A DNA stretch of 64,000 nt, taken from the NCBI GenBank assembly GCA_029210745.1, contig JARGFI010000011.1, positions 72-64,071 of the forward strand, given 5' to 3'. Below are positions 48,867 through 60,267 of the stretch, in pieces. The translations under genes and the position numbers were made by a program. The notes beneath the pieces were generated by a model. That model was not told where the DNA came from. It did no database searches and saw nothing but the letters and a program-made list of their open reading frames with translations. Within the stretch, counting starts at the first letter, position 1; each line of letters begins with the position of its first letter. This DNA comes from Desulfuromonadales bacterium (GTDB lineage: Bacteria; Desulfobacterota; Desulfuromonadia; Desulfuromonadales; JAHYIW01).

Positions 48867-50345
48867 ATGAGTCTGCGTGTTTACAATACCCTGTCAGGAG
48901 AAAAAGAAGTCTTTGAACCGCGGCTACCTGGCAAGGTCGGCATGTATGTCTGCGGCGTAACCGTCTACGATTATTGTCACATCGGCCATGCCCGCGCCAA
49001 CATCGTCTTCGATGTGATCTACCGTTATCTGCGTTATCTCGGTTACACGGTCAATTACGTCCGCAACTACACGGATGTCGATGACAAGATCATCAACCGC
49101 GCCAACGAACGCGGTATCGACAGCAAGGCACTGGCCGAAGAATTTATCCGCGCCTTTGACGAGGATATGGCGGCACTCGGCCTCGATCTGCCGACCTGTC
49201 AACCGAAGGCCACTGAGCATATCGGCCACATCATCGCCCTGATCGAGAAACTGATTGCCCGCGGACTGGCGTACGCGGCAGGGGGGGATGTCTATTTTGT
49301 TGTCGAAAAATTTCCCGAGTACCTCAAGCTGAGCAAACGCAATCTTGACGAGATGCAGGCGGGCGCGCGCATCGCGCCGGGAGAACTGAAGCGCCACCCG
49401 ATGGATTTCGCCCTCTGGAAGGCAGCCAAAGCGGGAGAACCGGAGTGGGCCTCCCCGTGGGGGAAAGGACGCCCCGGCTGGCATATCGAATGCTCGGCGA
49501 TGAGCATGGAATATCTCGGCGAAAGCTTCGATATCCACGGCGGCGGCAAGGATCTGGTTTTCCCCCATCATGAAAACGAGATTGCCCAGTCCGAAGGTGC
49601 CACCGGCAAACCTTTTGCGCGCTATTGGCTGCACAACGGCTTCGTCAACGTCAATCAGGAGAAAATGAGCAAGTCGCTCGGCAACTTTTTCACTATTCGC
49701 GATATTCTCAAAAAATACGCCCCCGAAGTCATTCGCTTCTTTATCGTGACCGCCCATTACCGTTCGCCCCTCGATTTCTCCGATCAGAATCTGGAGGAAT
49801 CACGTCACGGCCTGACCCGCTTTTACGAGGCCCTGGAACGGGCCGATGCGCACCTCGCCGCGCATACCAGCCGCGACGCCACCTGCGCCGTCCTCGATGC
49901 GGAATCGCGCGAGATATTTGACCGGATCGAGGTGCTCGAAGACAAATTCTGCACCGCCATGGACGATGACTTCAACACCGCCCAGGCGATGGGCTACCTC
50001 TTTGAAGTTGTCCGCGGCATGAACCGGATCATGGCTGAAAATAAATATGCCGAATGTCCCCTGCTGCTGCTGGCGCTCAAGGACGCCGCAGACAAACTGC
50101 GCCGCCTTGGCGGGGTGCTCGGGCTCTTTCAGTCCGTGCCCTCCGAATGGCTGAACAAAAGCAAAAACGAAGGGATCAACGCCAGCGGGCTCAGTGCCGA
50201 AATGATTGAAGCCCTGATCGTCGAACGGCGCGAGGCGCGCGCCGCGAAAAACTTTGCGCGCGGTGACGAAATCCGTGACGAACTCGCCGCCAAAGGAATC
50301 ATCCTCCTCGATTCGCGCACCGGAACCACCTGGAAAATCAAGTAA
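48867..50345 (+). CDS. cysS: Cysteine--tRNA ligase
   Basis: [15 protein letters not shown] (HIGH), [22 protein letters not shown]. Confidence 0.95.
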   Translation: MSLRVYNTLSGEKEVFEPRLPGKVGMYVCGVTVYDYCHIGHARANIVFDVIYRYLRYLGYTVNYVRNYTDVDDKIINRANERGIDSKALAEEFIRAFDEDMAALGLDLPTCQPKATEHIGHIIALIEKLIARGLAYAAGGDVYFVVEKFPEYLKLSKRNLDEMQAGARIAPGELKRHPMDFALWKAAKAGEPEWASPWGKGRPGWHIECSAMSMEYLGESFDIHGGGKDLVFPHHENEIAQSEGATGKPFARYWLHNGFVNVNQEKMSKSLGNFFTIRDILKKYAPEVIRFFIVTAHYRSPLDFSDQNLEESRHGLTRFYEALERADAHLAAHTSRDATCAVLDAESREIFDRIEVLEDKFCTAMDDDFNTAQAMGYLFEVVRGMNRIMAENKYAECPLLLLALKDAADKLRRLGGVLGLFQSVPSEWLNKSKNEGINASGLSAEMIEALIVERREARAAKNFARGDEIRDELAAKGIILLDSRTGTTWKIK

Positions 50346-50373
50346 ACGTGCACTACCGGACAGTTCCGTCAAG

Positions 50374-52374
50374 ATGGCCAAATTTGTCTTAAAATCCCCC
50401 TTCGAGCCGTGCGGCGACCAGCCACAAGCGATTGCGGAACTGGTCCTGGGGCTCAATCGCGGCGACCGTCATCAGGTGCTGCTCGGCGTCACCGGCTCCG
50501 GCAAAACCTTCACCATGGCCAATGTTATCGCCCGCACCCAGCGTCCGACGCTGGTGCTGGCGCACAACAAAACCCTGGCGGCGCAGCTCTACGCCGAATT
50601 TCGCGAACTCTTCCCCGACAATGCGGTTGAATATTTCGTCTCCTATTACGACTATTATCAGCCTGAAGCCTACGTTCCAACCACTGACACCTTTATCGAA
50701 AAAGATTCGTCGATCAATGAAGAGATCGATAAACTGCGCCACAGTGCCACGCGCAGCCTTCTCACCCGCCGCGATGTCATTATCGTCGCCTCGGTTTCCT
50801 GCATCTACGGCCTCGGTTCGCCGGAAGCCTATTTCGGCATGCTGATCAGCCTTGAGGAGGGGATGGAGATCGACCGCAATGCACTCCTGAAAAAGCTGGT
50901 TGAAATTCAGTACGAGCGCAACGATATCGATTTCCATCGCGGTGCGTTCCGGGTGCGCGGCGATACGGTCGAAATTTTCCCCGCCTATGAGGAAAAGCGT
51001 GCCCTGCGTATCGAGTTCTTCGGCGACGAGATCGAAACGATCAGCGAAATCGACCCGCTGCGCGGCACCGTGCTCGATCGTATCGGCAAAACCGCGGTCT
51101 TCCCCGCCAGTCACTACGTCGCTACCCGCCCGACTCTCGACCGCGCCGTGCGCCAGATTCAGGATGAACTGCTGGAGCGGCTGCTCTACCTGCGTGAAAA
51201 AAATATGTTGCTCGAAGCCCAGCGCATTGAACAGCGCACCCTCTTCGATATTGAGATGATGGAGGAGATGGGCTACTGCCAGGGGATTGAAAACTATTCA
51301 CGCCACCTGGACGGACGACAACCGGGGGAGCCACCGGCGACCCTCTTCGATTACCTGCCTGACGACGCTTTGCTGATGATCGACGAGAGTCATGTCAGCG
51401 TCTCGCAGGTCGGAGCGATGTATCGCGGCGACCGCTCGCGCAAGGAGACGCTGGTCAACTACGGTTTCCGCCTCCCCTCGGCGCTCGATAACCGGCCGTT
51501 GACGTTCGAAGAATTCGAGGCGCGGCAGCTGCCGACCATCTACGTCTCCGCCACCCCGGCCGACTATGAACTGAGCAAGGCCGAAGGGGTGGTCGTTGAG
51601 CAGATCGTCCGCCCGACCGGGCTGGTCGATCCGCTGATTGAAATCCGTCCGGCACAGCATCAGGTCGATGACCTGCTCGACGAAATCCACCTCACCGTCG
51701 CCAGGCAACAGCGCGTCCTGGTGACCACCCTGACCAAACGGATGGCCGAGGAGTTGACCGACTATCTTAATGAACACGGGATACGCGTTCGCTACCTGCA
51801 TTCCGATATTGACACCCTGGAACGCATCCAGATTATCCGTGATCTGCGTTTGGGCGAATTCGACGTCCTGGTCGGGATCAACCTGCTCCGCGAGGGGCTC
51901 GATATCCCGGAGGTCGCGCTGGTGACGATTCTTGATGCCGATAAGGAAGGATTTTTGCGCAGCACCCGCTCGCTGATCCAGACCTGCGGCCGCGCCGCCC
52001 GCAACGTTGCTGGGCGGGTGATCATGTACGCCGACAAGGTCACCCGTTCAATGCAGGCCTGTCTCGACGAAACCGACCGTCGTCGCCAGACCCAGTTGGC
52101 CTACAACGCCGAACACGGCATCACCCCGCAATCGATCATCAAATCGTTGCGATCCGTCCTCGAAGATGTCGCCGACCGGGAGCAACACGTCCGCGACGAG
52201 GTCGCCGAGGAATTGGCGGAATATCGCACCAGCGGCGCATTGAAAAAAGAAATCGCCCGGCTCAAAAAAGACATGATGGCCGCCGCCGCCGGACTCGACT
52301 TTGAACAAGCTGCGGCGCTACGTGACCGGATGCTGGTGCTGGAACGGCGGGAGCTGGAACTGCCTGGCCGCTGA
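50374..52374 (+). CDS. uvrB: Excinuclease ABC subunit B
   Basis: [31 protein letters not shown], and a C-terminal UVR motif. Confidence 0.95.
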   Translation: MAKFVLKSPFEPCGDQPQAIAELVLGLNRGDRHQVLLGVTGSGKTFTMANVIARTQRPTLVLAHNKTLAAQLYAEFRELFPDNAVEYFVSYYDYYQPEAYVPTTDTFIEKDSSINEEIDKLRHSATRSLLTRRDVIIVASVSCIYGLGSPEAYFGMLISLEEGMEIDRNALLKKLVEIQYERNDIDFHRGAFRVRGDTVEIFPAYEEKRALRIEFFGDEIETISEIDPLRGTVLDRIGKTAVFPASHYVATRPTLDRAVRQIQDELLERLLYLREKNMLLEAQRIEQRTLFDIEMMEEMGYCQGIENYSRHLDGRQPGEPPATLFDYLPDDALLMIDESHVSVSQVGAMYRGDRSRKETLVNYGFRLPSALDNRPLTFEEFEARQLPTIYVSATPADYELSKAEGVVVEQIVRPTGLVDPLIEIRPAQHQVDDLLDEIHLTVARQQRVLVTTLTKRMAEELTDYLNEHGIRVRYLHSDIDTLERIQIIRDLRLGEFDVLVGINLLREGLDIPEVALVTILDADKEGFLRSTRSLIQTCGRAARNVAGRVIMYADKVTRSMQACLDETDRRRQTQLAYNAEHGITPQSIIKSLRSVLEDVADREQHVRDEVAEELAEYRTSGALKKEIARLKKDMMAAAAGLDFEQAAALRDRMLVLERRELELPGR

Positions 52375-52389
52375 CAAGGAGTTTCGCCG

Positions 52390-52782
52390 ATGAAGAAAAA
52401 GCTGCTCTATCTGTTGATCATCGTGGCGCTGGCTGTTGCCCTGCCCTTTGTCATCAAAGGGAAAAACGGTCAGCCGCTGCTGACTGTCGACCATTTCTCC
52501 GCACCAAAGGTCGCCCTGCCCGACCTGACCGGCCTCGAAGCAAAAGCGCGCGATACCCTGAACGAGGCACAGACGGAAATCAACACCGTCAAGGACAAGA
52601 TCATCGCCGCCCTCCCCCAGCCGGAGTCAAAAATCTACAAATGGAAAGACGATAAGGGGCAGTGGCACTTTTCCGATCTGCCGCGCCGGGACGGCCAGAG
52701 TGTCGAGGTCAAAATTGATGCGAAGGTGAATACTTTGCCGACGATGAAACACAAATCGGTGCCGCCACCCGCAGCCAATTGA
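52390..52782 (+). CDS. Exported DUF4124-like protein
   Basis: Signal peptide MKKKLLYLLIIVALAVALPF and IYKWKDDKGQWHFSD (DUF4124 signature). Confidence 0.6.
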   Translation: MKKKLLYLLIIVALAVALPFVIKGKNGQPLLTVDHFSAPKVALPDLTGLEAKARDTLNEAQTEINTVKDKIIAALPQPESKIYKWKDDKGQWHFSDLPRRDGQSVEVKIDAKVNTLPTMKHKSVPPPAAN

Positions 52783-52886
52783 GGCTACGGCAGCGGTCAA
52801 GGACAAGCTTAATGACCCCATCAGGGGGATGAGTAGACGGGAGTTTGGTTATTTCAGGCTCCCTCTTAGATGCTATTCCGTGAAAA

Positions 52887-52926
52887 CGACCCCTAATGTT
52901 TTTTAGACGCGACCCCTAATGTTTTT
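52887..52926 (+). repeat. Tandem direct repeat 2 x CGACCCCTAATGTTTTT (23-nt period) upstream of the methyltransferase
   Basis: Identical 17-mers at 52887-52903 and 52910-52926, 25 nt upstream of ATG 52951. Confidence 0.8.
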
Positions 52927-52950
52927 CTTCTGTTTTCGAAAGGTGATCTA

Positions 52951-53787
52951 ATGACTGAAAACGTACCTCCTGTCGAGACGGTGTCCCGTCGCAACTGTCC
53001 GGTATGTCATTCTGGTGCATACACCTCGCTGCCAGCGTATTCGAAGGATGGCTGGCATATCGTTCAGTGCCTGACCTGTAAGATGGTTTATCTGGAGAAT
53101 CCCCCGGCACAGAATCTTTTAAAAACTGATTTTGCCTGGGAGGGCCGCAAAGATGAAGAGCGCAGGCGGCGCCGAGCAGGTCGATCGTTCTACTATTTCT
53201 TCAGTGACCGTCTGAAGCGTCTGCGTGGCATGCTGCGTCGCTTTAACAAGCAGCCAAAGGAGATACGTTACATCGTTAAGTATTCTCCAGGCCGGAATGT
53301 CCTTGATGTCGGTTGTGGTGACGGGAATATCATCTCTCAATTACCTGATACCTATGTTACATACGGCATTGAACCATCGCCTCAAATGGCGGAAGTTGCA
53401 AATGACACCTTTTCCAGACACGGTGGTCTTTGTATTCACGATGTTGCGGTCGGCGGTTTTGCGCAGATCAATAAAACACGCTTCGATTTTATTTTGATGC
53501 GCTCCTTTCTTGAGCATGATTCCGAGGCGATGGTCACATTGCAGGCCGCACATTCGGTCCTCTCTGAACAGGGGGGTGTGTTGATCAAAGTCCCTAACTT
53601 TGCCTGCTGGAATGCACTTCTACGTAAAAAAAATTGGCCGGGGATGCGTTACCCGGACCATGTGAACTACTTTACGCCATCCACATTAAAAGCAATTTTG
53701 TCTCGTACCGGCTTTTCCCGTGTCTACATGCCTCTTAGTTGGCGTCTGCCATCAAGTGATAATCTTTGGGTTGTAGCTTATCGGTGA
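52951..53787 (+). CDS. Class I SAM-dependent methyltransferase with N-terminal Cys4 zinc ribbon
   Basis: CPVCHS...CLTCKMVY and the SAM motif I VLDVGCGDGN. G+C looks lower by eye than in the flanks (not computed). Confidence 0.75.
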   Translation: MTENVPPVETVSRRNCPVCHSGAYTSLPAYSKDGWHIVQCLTCKMVYLENPPAQNLLKTDFAWEGRKDEERRRRRAGRSFYYFFSDRLKRLRGMLRRFNKQPKEIRYIVKYSPGRNVLDVGCGDGNIISQLPDTYVTYGIEPSPQMAEVANDTFSRHGGLCIHDVAVGGFAQINKTRFDFILMRSFLEHDSEAMVTLQAAHSVLSEQGGVLIKVPNFACWNALLRKKNWPGMRYPDHVNYFTPSTLKAILSRTGFSRVYMPLSWRLPSSDNLWVVAYR

Positions 53788-53869
53788 TCAGTGAAGGAAA
53801 TAACACCGTTAAGTTAGTTAATTTGAGTGCTCTGGCTTGTTCTTCTCTTGCAATTTTCACACTGGAGCT

Positions 53870-55237
53870 TCATCCATCCTTCAACTTGCGATACAGAGTC
53901 TTGCGATCGACACCGAGGATTCGGGCCGCGAGGGTGCGGTTACCGTCGACCTGTTCGATGACCTGATCAATATAGCGCCGCTCTATCTCCGCCAGCGGCA
54001 GGAGGGCGAGGGGGTCGGAGTTCCCCCCCGCGAAGGGGCCAGCACCGGTCGGTTTTTGCAGCTGCTCGGGGAGATCTTCAACGGTGATTCGATCGTGGCT
54101 GGTGAGAGCCAGTGCCCGCTCGATAACATTGCGCAGTTCACGCACATTTCCCGGCCACGGGTAGGACAACAACCGCGCGGCGGCGGGTTCAGAGATGCCG
54201 GTCACCGACTTGCCGAGGTGAGCGGAGAATTCTTTGACAAACTCCCGCGCCAGGAGCAGGATGTCATTCCCCCGCGCGCGGAGCGGCGGCAGGTCGATCT
54301 GAATAACGTTGAGCCGATAATAAAGATCTCCGCGAAAAGTCCCCGCCCTGACCGCTTCGGCCAGATCGCGATGACTGGCGGTAACAATCCGCACGTCACA
54401 ATCGATTTCCTGATTGCCCCCCAGCGGGCGCACCCGGCGCTGTTCCAGCACCCGCAGCAGTTTCGGCTGCAGAATCAGCGGCAGTTCGCCGATTTCGTCC
54501 AGCAACAGGGTGCCCCCCGACGCCTCGACAAAAAGTCCGGCCCGACTCTCACGTGCATCCGTGAACGCACCCCGCACATGGCCGAACAGTTCACTCTCCA
54601 GCAGGTTTTCGGGGAGTGCCGCGCAGTTGATCGTCACCAGCGGACCGTGACAACGGTGGCTCTGCCGGTGCAGGGCACGCGCCACCAGTTCCTTGCCGGT
54701 GCCACTTTCGCCACTGATCAGAATCGAGGTATCCAGGTTGGCCACCCGACTGATCTGCTCCCTGACCTTGTGCAGCGCCGGACTTTCCCCGGCCAACTCC
54801 CCCGGTGCCTGGTGCTGACGAATCTGATCCTTGAGGAGATGAATTTTCTGTTGCTGTTGACGATGTTGCAGCGCCCGCTCCAGCGAAAAACCGAGCAAGT
54901 CGATATCGACCGGCTTGGTCACGAAATCGTAGGCGCCCGCGCGGAGCGCATCGATGGCGGTGTCGAGGGAACCAAACGCGGTCATAATCACAACCGGCAG
55001 GTCGGGGCGGTTGCGTTGCAGCTCGGCACACAGATCGATGCCACTTGGCCCCGGCAGATGATGATCGGTCAACACCAGATCAAACTCCTGACAATGGAGC
55101 AGTTCCCGCGCCGCCGAAACATCAAGCGCACTCCGCACCCGATGGCCACGCCGGGCGAGAGTCTCTTCGAGCAAGTCGCACAGCGCCGGATCGTCTTCGA
55201 CAACCAGCATATACCCTTTTGCCCGCGTCTCGCTCAT
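53870..55237 (-). CDS. Sigma-54-dependent response regulator (NtrC family)
   Basis: REC (MLVVEDDP...[10 protein letters not shown]), AAA+ ([21 protein letters not shown]), and a C-terminal Fis-type HTH. ATGA overlap with the upstream kinase gene. Confidence 0.9.
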   Translation of the reverse strand: MSETRAKGYMLVVEDDPALCDLLEETLARRGHRVRSALDVSAARELLHCQEFDLVLTDHHLPGPSGIDLCAELQRNRPDLPVVIMTAFGSLDTAIDALRAGAYDFVTKPVDIDLLGFSLERALQHRQQQQKIHLLKDQIRQHQAPGELAGESPALHKVREQISRVANLDTSILISGESGTGKELVARALHRQSHRCHGPLVTINCAALPENLLESELFGHVRGAFTDARESRAGLFVEASGGTLLLDEIGELPLILQPKLLRVLEQRRVRPLGGNQEIDCDVRIVTASHRDLAEAVRAGTFRGDLYYRLNVIQIDLPPLRARGNDILLLAREFVKEFSAHLGKSVTGISEPAAARLLSYPWPGNVRELRNVIERALALTSHDRITVEDLPEQLQKPTGAGPFAGGNSDPLALLPLAEIERRYIDQVIEQVDGNRTLAARILGVDRKTLYRKLKDG

Positions 55238-56712
55238 CCCCCCTCTCCGCGTGCAAGGAGCGGCAGACAGACGGTGAAGCAACTCCCCTGGCCAGGAGTG
55301 CTGTCTACCTCAATCCAGCCGCCATGTTCATCTGCGATCCCGTAGGCAATCGAGAGACCAAGGCCGGTTCCCTGCCCCACCTCTTTAGTGGTAAAAAAAG
55401 GCTCAAAGATATGGGGCAGATCCTCCGCAGCAATCCCCAGCCCCTGATCCTTAACCCGGATACAGCACCAGGGGCCGTTCTCCGCCCCCTTGGTGTCCGG
55501 CGGCGCGCTCGTGCAATCCCCGTGCAATTGCAAGGTCAGCGCTCCTCCCTCCGGCATGGCCTGAATTGCGTTCATCGCCAGATTGAGGAGCACCTGTTGC
55601 AGCTGGCCGGGGTCGGCGTTAGCGGTCAGCTCCTCTGAAAAAGCCACCCAGCGTAAATCGACCCCCTGTTTGCGGGCGGTCGGCGCGAGCAGATCGACGA
55701 CCCCCTTGACCAGTCGCCCGAGCTCCACCGGCTGCTTGCGCGCTTCACCACGGCGGGCAAAGTCAAGCAACTGACGCATGATGGTGGTCATTTTGTCGGT
55801 CTGTTCCCCGATAATCCGCGCGCAACGGGTGATCTCGTCCGGGGTGAGTTCTTCACTGGCGATCAACTTGGCGCGGCCGGAAATCACATTGAGGGGGGTG
55901 CCGAGTTCGTGTGCCATCCCGGCCGACAGGCGCCCGATGGTGGCGAGCCGTTCGTTGTGCCGCAACCGCTCCAACGCCTGCAGTTTGGCGGCGTTCGCGG
56001 CCTGCTCCGCGTCGCGGGCCTCGGCAAGTTGACTGCGCATGCGGTCGATGGTCCCGGCCAGGGTGGCGAGCTCGTCGCGCCCTGAAACGGTCACGGCGGT
56101 GGACAAGTCCCCGGCCCCGATCCGTTCGGCCTGTTCGGTCAGTTTCCGCACCGGACGCTTGATCCAGAGGCTGCCGAGGACGGTCATCAACAACAGCCCG
56201 GAGCCGAGGGTGGCCGCCATCATCAGTGCCGAACGGCGCAGACTCTCCTCGACGTAGCCGCGCAAATCGTCCAGCGATTCACTCAATTCAATCGCGCCAA
56301 GTCGGCCCTGCGTGGTCGTTACGGGGAGATAGGTGATCAGATTATCATGGCCGTCCTCGGCCTCGATCAAGATTGAAACGGTTTGTCCCTGCCGCAACGC
56401 GCTCAAGCGGGACCCGGAAATCCGCGGCACAAAACGACGGTCGCCCGACCCGTCGATCCAGACCCAGCGGATTTCACGCGGGCCACTGACCAGATTGGTG
56501 GAGTTCAAAAAACCGATCGCCGCCTGTTCCCCGCCAATCCGCCAGATTTCCGTTAACAATGCCCGGATGCTTTCGCCCATGTGACGTGCCTCACCACTCA
56601 GGCGCTCCTGCAACTGGGTTCTCTCCCGCTGAAGTGATAAATAGCTGTGCAGGGAAAAGATCAGCGCAACGCCGAGCAGGATGGCAATCGTAATTTTCAG
56701 GGTCAGGCGCAT
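55234..56712 (-). CDS. Sensor histidine kinase (2 TM, HAMP, HisKA, HATPase_c)
   Basis: H-box [15 protein letters not shown]-box [11 protein letters not shown]-boxes DQGLGI and GTGLGL. Confidence 0.9.
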   Translation of the reverse strand: MRLTLKITIAILLGVALIFSLHSYLSLQRERTQLQERLSGEARHMGESIRALLTEIWRIGGEQAAIGFLNSTNLVSGPREIRWVWIDGSGDRRFVPRISGSRLSALRQGQTVSILIEAEDGHDNLITYLPVTTTQGRLGAIELSESLDDLRGYVEESLRRSALMMAATLGSGLLLMTVLGSLWIKRPVRKLTEQAERIGAGDLSTAVTVSGRDELATLAGTIDRMRSQLAEARDAEQAANAAKLQALERLRHNERLATIGRLSAGMAHELGTPLNVISGRAKLIASEELTPDEITRCARIIGEQTDKMTTIMRQLLDFARRGEARKQPVELGRLVKGVVDLLAPTARKQGVDLRWVAFSEELTANADPGQLQQVLLNLAMNAIQAMPEGGALTLQLHGDCTSAPPDTKGAENGPWCCIRVKDQGLGIAAEDLPHIFEPFFTTKEVGQGTGLGLSIAYGIADEHGGWIEVDSTPGQGSCFTVCLPLLARGEGG

Positions 56713-56779
56713 CGGTTATGCTCTCAACGAAAAGGAACCCAGAAACCACCCATCATGGGGGGAGCTCACCGGCTGGTCA

Positions 56780-57352
56780 TTAACGCTCCCGGATCAACTT
56801 TGAAATCGCCTTGAACTCCGGTGTGCCTGCCACCCCCAGCAACTGGAAAGTGGCCGTTTCGGTGGTCGTCACCACGGCCCCCGCAGCAGCAGCCAACTGA
56901 AGCGCGTTGTTAAAATCGGTTTTATTTCGCGAACAGATGGCGTCACGCACCAGATGGACATGATAGCCAGCATCGAGCAGCCCGAGGACCGTCTGATAAA
57001 CGCAAACATGCGCTTCCATGCCGACGATGATCGGCCGGGTGCATCCCAGCGCTTTCATGCGCGACATAAAATCAGGTTCACCGCAGCAACCGAAACTCAT
57101 CTTTTCCACCACGCCGTCAGCGCAGGCTGCGGCGAGTTCGAGAACCGTGTGCCCCAACCCTTTGGAGTACTGCTCGGTCGTTACGACCGGAATCTTCAAC
57201 TCCGCCGCCACCTTGAGCAACAGCTCGATACTGCCGAGAATCCGCCGGTAAACCTTCTGATCCATCGCCGGAGTCAGCCGTTGCTGCACATCGACCACCA
57301 CCAGCACCGCCTGATCGCGATCGAGTTGAAATCTGTCCACGTTGTCCATCAT
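56780..57352 (-). CDS. Isochorismatase-family cysteine hydrolase
   Basis: AVLVVVDVQ and GMEAHVCVYQT (catalytic Cys context); GGAGG RBS. Confidence 0.8.
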   Translation of the reverse strand: MMDNVDRFQLDRDQAVLVVVDVQQRLTPAMDQKVYRRILGSIELLLKVAAELKIPVVTTEQYSKGLGHTVLELAAACADGVVEKMSFGCCGEPDFMSRMKALGCTRPIIVGMEAHVCVYQTVLGLLDAGYHVHLVRDAICSRNKTDFNNALQLAAAAGAVVTTTETATFQLLGVAGTPEFKAISKLIRER

Positions 57353-57442
57353 AATAACCTCCTGTGAGTAAAAAAAAGGGGGGGCCATTCAGCGAGATAC
57401 TTACATCCCTCCGGGCGCGATAAATCGCTCCCTTCCTGTCCT

Positions 57443-57964
57443 CTATCCCCCGCCGGGGGAACGCTGCCAGAGCCCGACCCCGCGCTGCCGTGCCCCGGCT
57501 TCAACCGCCAGAAATTCATCTTTTAAGCGATACGAAAATTTGCGGTACACGCTCGCCAGCCCTTCCTCCAGGAGCAGCCGATTGAGCAACCGCCCGTCGG
57601 GCAAGTGAACGTAGGCCAGTAACCGTCCGTAACGATCCCTGCCATCACCGTCGCTGGTCAGCGTAACAACCCGCCCCTTTGCCAGGGCAACCGCCCGTCT
57701 TAACGCCAGCCGGGCGATCGCCCGCAAACGCTGCACGGTTACTCCCTGGCGCACATAATAATTATCACGCGCCGAATCCTCACGTTCCGGGGTATCGATC
57801 CCGAGCAGCCGCACCTTGCCGATCCCGTCAACCTTGAGCGTGTCACCGTCATAAACCCAGGACACCCGACCGGAAAGCGGCTGGGCGTGAAGCGTTGCGC
57901 ACCCCAGAAAAAAAAGGGCCAGCAATACCGCGCACAGGTGCAGGGGCAGGCGCAAAGGGGTCAA
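57443..57964 (-). CDS. Thermonuclease (SNase-like) lipoprotein
   Basis: DGDTLKV...VRLLGIDTPE...RYGRLLAYV...LLEEGLA. Proposed TTG start overlaps the upstream stop (TTGA). Lipobox LFFLGCA. Confidence 0.7.
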   Translation of the reverse strand: MTPLRLPLHLCAVLLALFFLGCATLHAQPLSGRVSWVYDGDTLKVDGIGKVRLLGIDTPEREDSARDNYYVRQGVTVQRLRAIARLALRRAVALAKGRVVTLTSDGDGRDRYGRLLAYVHLPDGRLLNRLLLEEGLASVYRKFSYRLKDEFLAVEAGARQRGVGLWQRSPGGG

Positions 57965-58386
57965 TCTCGCCCCCAAAAAATCCAGGCGAGAATCCCGGTA
58001 ACCAGCCCCCAGAGTAAATTGTAGCCGATGATGAAGACCGGCGTCAGGGCCCCAAGCTTCAGGCCAAGCAGACCATGACCGGTCAGATACGGATAGATGT
58101 AGAGGAGTTGCACACCAGAGGGGATCAGGCTGACCCACAGCCCTTTGCGAGCCCACCGTCGACGGGAACGCGCAGGGCCAACCGTAAGGTAATAGAGCAG
58201 CCCCCAGAGACCGCCCCAGACCGAGGTAGAGTAGAGGGTGTAAAGATCAAGCCGGGCGGATAATTTGACACTGGCCAGGGTGGTAACCCCCCATTCACTG
58301 CACAGCCAGGCCAATACAGCCACGGCGAGACCACCGACAACGCCGGAAGTGAAGCAGACCGCAATCAATGAACGTGCATGGCGCAT
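57961..58386 (-). CDS. Small integral membrane protein, unknown function (about 4 TM)
   Basis: Hydrophobic segments throughout. I recognise no motif. Confidence 0.5.
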   Translation of the reverse strand: MRHARSLIAVCFTSGVVGGLAVAVLAWLCSEWGVTTLASVKLSARLDLYTLYSTSVWGGLWGLLYYLTVGPARSRRRWARKGLWVSLIPSGVQLLYIYPYLTGHGLLGLKLGALTPVFIIGYNLLWGLVTGILAWIFWGRD

Positions 58387-58423
58387 AATTTCCTATCCCG
58401 TCATTTTAGCGCAAACCGTCTTT

Positions 58424-59233
58424 TCAGGGCACCGGTTCATTCATACTCCCGGTGCGGTAACCCTCCAGATCGAGCACGACGTAGGTGAAACCCGCCGCCT
58501 TGAATTCAGCCAGCAGTACCGATCGAAAATCTTCGTCAAGAAACCGTGAAAAATCTTCAACCGCAACCTCAATGCGTGCCGTTTCGTGATGGTAACGCAC
58601 CCGGTAACTGTTGAATTTGTGCTTGCGCAGAAACATCTCGCAACGACCGACCTGACGCAAACGCTCAGCCGTGATCTCAACGCCGTACGGGAAGCGTGAG
58701 GACAAACAGGCGAAGGGTTGCTTGAACCAGGTGGGCAGGCCGAGTTCGCGGCTGAGATAACGGATGTCATTTTTGGTCAGTTCCGCCTCAAGGAGCGGTG
58801 AGCGCACGTCAAGCTCAAGCGCCGCCTGGCGTCCGGGGCGATAATCGCCGAGATCGTCGAGGTTTGACCCATCGAGAATGAAATGGTAGCCAAGCTCTTT
58901 TGCCTTGGCACCACAAATACTGAACAGCGCCAGCTTGCAATGATAACAGCGCATGCGGTCGTTTTGAGCAAAACCGGGAATCTCCAGTTCGTTGCTTTCG
59001 ACCACCTCCTGGCGCACCCCCATGTGCCTGGCCAGCTCACGACTTTCTTCCAGCTCATATTCCGGATACGTCGGCGAACTCGCCGTCAACGCCAACACCT
59101 TTTCCGCCCCCAGGGTATCGCGTGCAACCTTCAGCAAAAAAGTCGAATCCACGCCACCGGAAAATGCCACCACCACAAATTTCAGCTCACGCAGTATATT
59201 TTGCAATTTGGTGTATTTTTGCTGTATAGCCAT
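58424..59233 (-). CDS. larE: PP-loop ATP pyrophosphatase of the LarE / TIGR00268 type
   Basis: VVAFSGGVDSTFLL PP-loop, with conserved cysteines in MRCYHCK and FACLSSR. Confidence 0.7.
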   Translation of the reverse strand: MAIQQKYTKLQNILRELKFVVVAFSGGVDSTFLLKVARDTLGAEKVLALTASSPTYPEYELEESRELARHMGVRQEVVESNELEIPGFAQNDRMRCYHCKLALFSICGAKAKELGYHFILDGSNLDDLGDYRPGRQAALELDVRSPLLEAELTKNDIRYLSRELGLPTWFKQPFACLSSRFPYGVEITAERLRQVGRCEMFLRKHKFNSYRVRYHHETARIEVAVEDFSRFLDEDFRSVLLAEFKAAGFTYVVLDLEGYRTGSMNEPVP

Positions 59234-59249
59234 TCAACCTACCCCCTTA

Positions 59250-59714
59250 TCAAATGTAATACATGAAACGATGATCAAGCTCCTTTTCAAGCCCCAGCTG
59301 TTTCCCCTCATCACAGAGATCCTTGAGGGTGACCGATTCAAAATAGTCTTCCAGCTTTTGACTCGCCTCTGCCCAGATCCGCTGGGTGACACACTGGTTG
59401 TCAAATTCGCACGACTCCGTAGCGTCCGTCTTCTTGTCGCTTTTCGTCAGGGTCATCGCCCCTTCCGCCGCCAGCACAATATCTCTAACACTGATTTCCT
59501 GAGGCTTTTTTGCCAGCGAATACCCCCCCTGAGGCCCACGGCGGCTGTTGAGCAGTCCGGCTTTTTTAAGATCCTGAAAGATTTGTTCCAGATAGCGCGG
59601 CGAGATATTCTGCCGCCGCGAAATATCCTTGATCTGTGCCGGCAGCGTCCCGGAATGATAGGCCATATCAAACAAAGCGCGTAAGCCGTAACGACTCTTG
59701 GTAGAAAATTTCAT
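59250..59714 (-). CDS. Rrf2 family transcriptional regulator
   Basis: MKFSTKSRYGLRALFDMAY...ISPRYLEQIFQDLKKAGLL is the Rrf2 wHTH signature. Confidence 0.9.
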   Translation of the reverse strand: MKFSTKSRYGLRALFDMAYHSGTLPAQIKDISRRQNISPRYLEQIFQDLKKAGLLNSRRGPQGGYSLAKKPQEISVRDIVLAAEGAMTLTKSDKKTDATESCEFDNQCVTQRIWAEASQKLEDYFESVTLKDLCDEGKQLGLEKELDHRFMYYI

Positions 59715-59886
59715 CGTTATTCCTCCAAATAAGGGAAGATTCATTATGCGAATGTTTATCTTATTCGTCAAGAATAACTTGGGGGAAACATAGAGGTTTT
59801 TACGGGGTTTAAACGAGAGATATTCGGAGAAAGATAATTAAATCCAGCGGAGAAAAGCCTGCGCCCCTTTCGATGAAAGGGAGGGA

Positions 59887-60267
59887 TTATTCGGCCACTG
59901 ATTTGTAAATTTGGCTGGCAGTCCGGTAAAATCTCTCAACAGCTTCGTTGTCGGGCTTGCCGGAGGGGAGGAACCCGGTGGCAGCCGGATAGCGGCAACC
60001 GAGATAGACGGTGCTTAATTCAATCAAGGTGTCTTCATCGACAGGGATTGTCAGTATTTCTGCAACAATTCCTGCCAACCGGATCAAGTCATGGACCCTG
60101 GGAACAGGCTGACCGGACGCTTCAATCACGCCCTTGAAACATTTTTCAATGCACTGCTGTGAATGAAAGGCGGCAACATTAGCGAGCCCTTCGTCACCAA
60201 GAAGCTTCTCGACGGTCTTCAAATCTTCCAGGGCTCGGGCCAGCCATTCCTGCGCCATCCCATTCAT
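59887..60267 (-). CDS. HEPN domain protein (toxin of a HEPN/MNT pair)
   Basis: WLARALEDL...AAFHSQQCIEKCFKG...PRVHDLIRL is a HEPN R-x(n)-H region. 4-nt overlap with the upstream MNT gene. Confidence 0.8.
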   Translation of the reverse strand: MNGMAQEWLARALEDLKTVEKLLGDEGLANVAAFHSQQCIEKCFKGVIEASGQPVPRVHDLIRLAGIVAEILTIPVDEDTLIELSTVYLGCRYPAATGFLPSGKPDNEAVERFYRTASQIYKSVAE

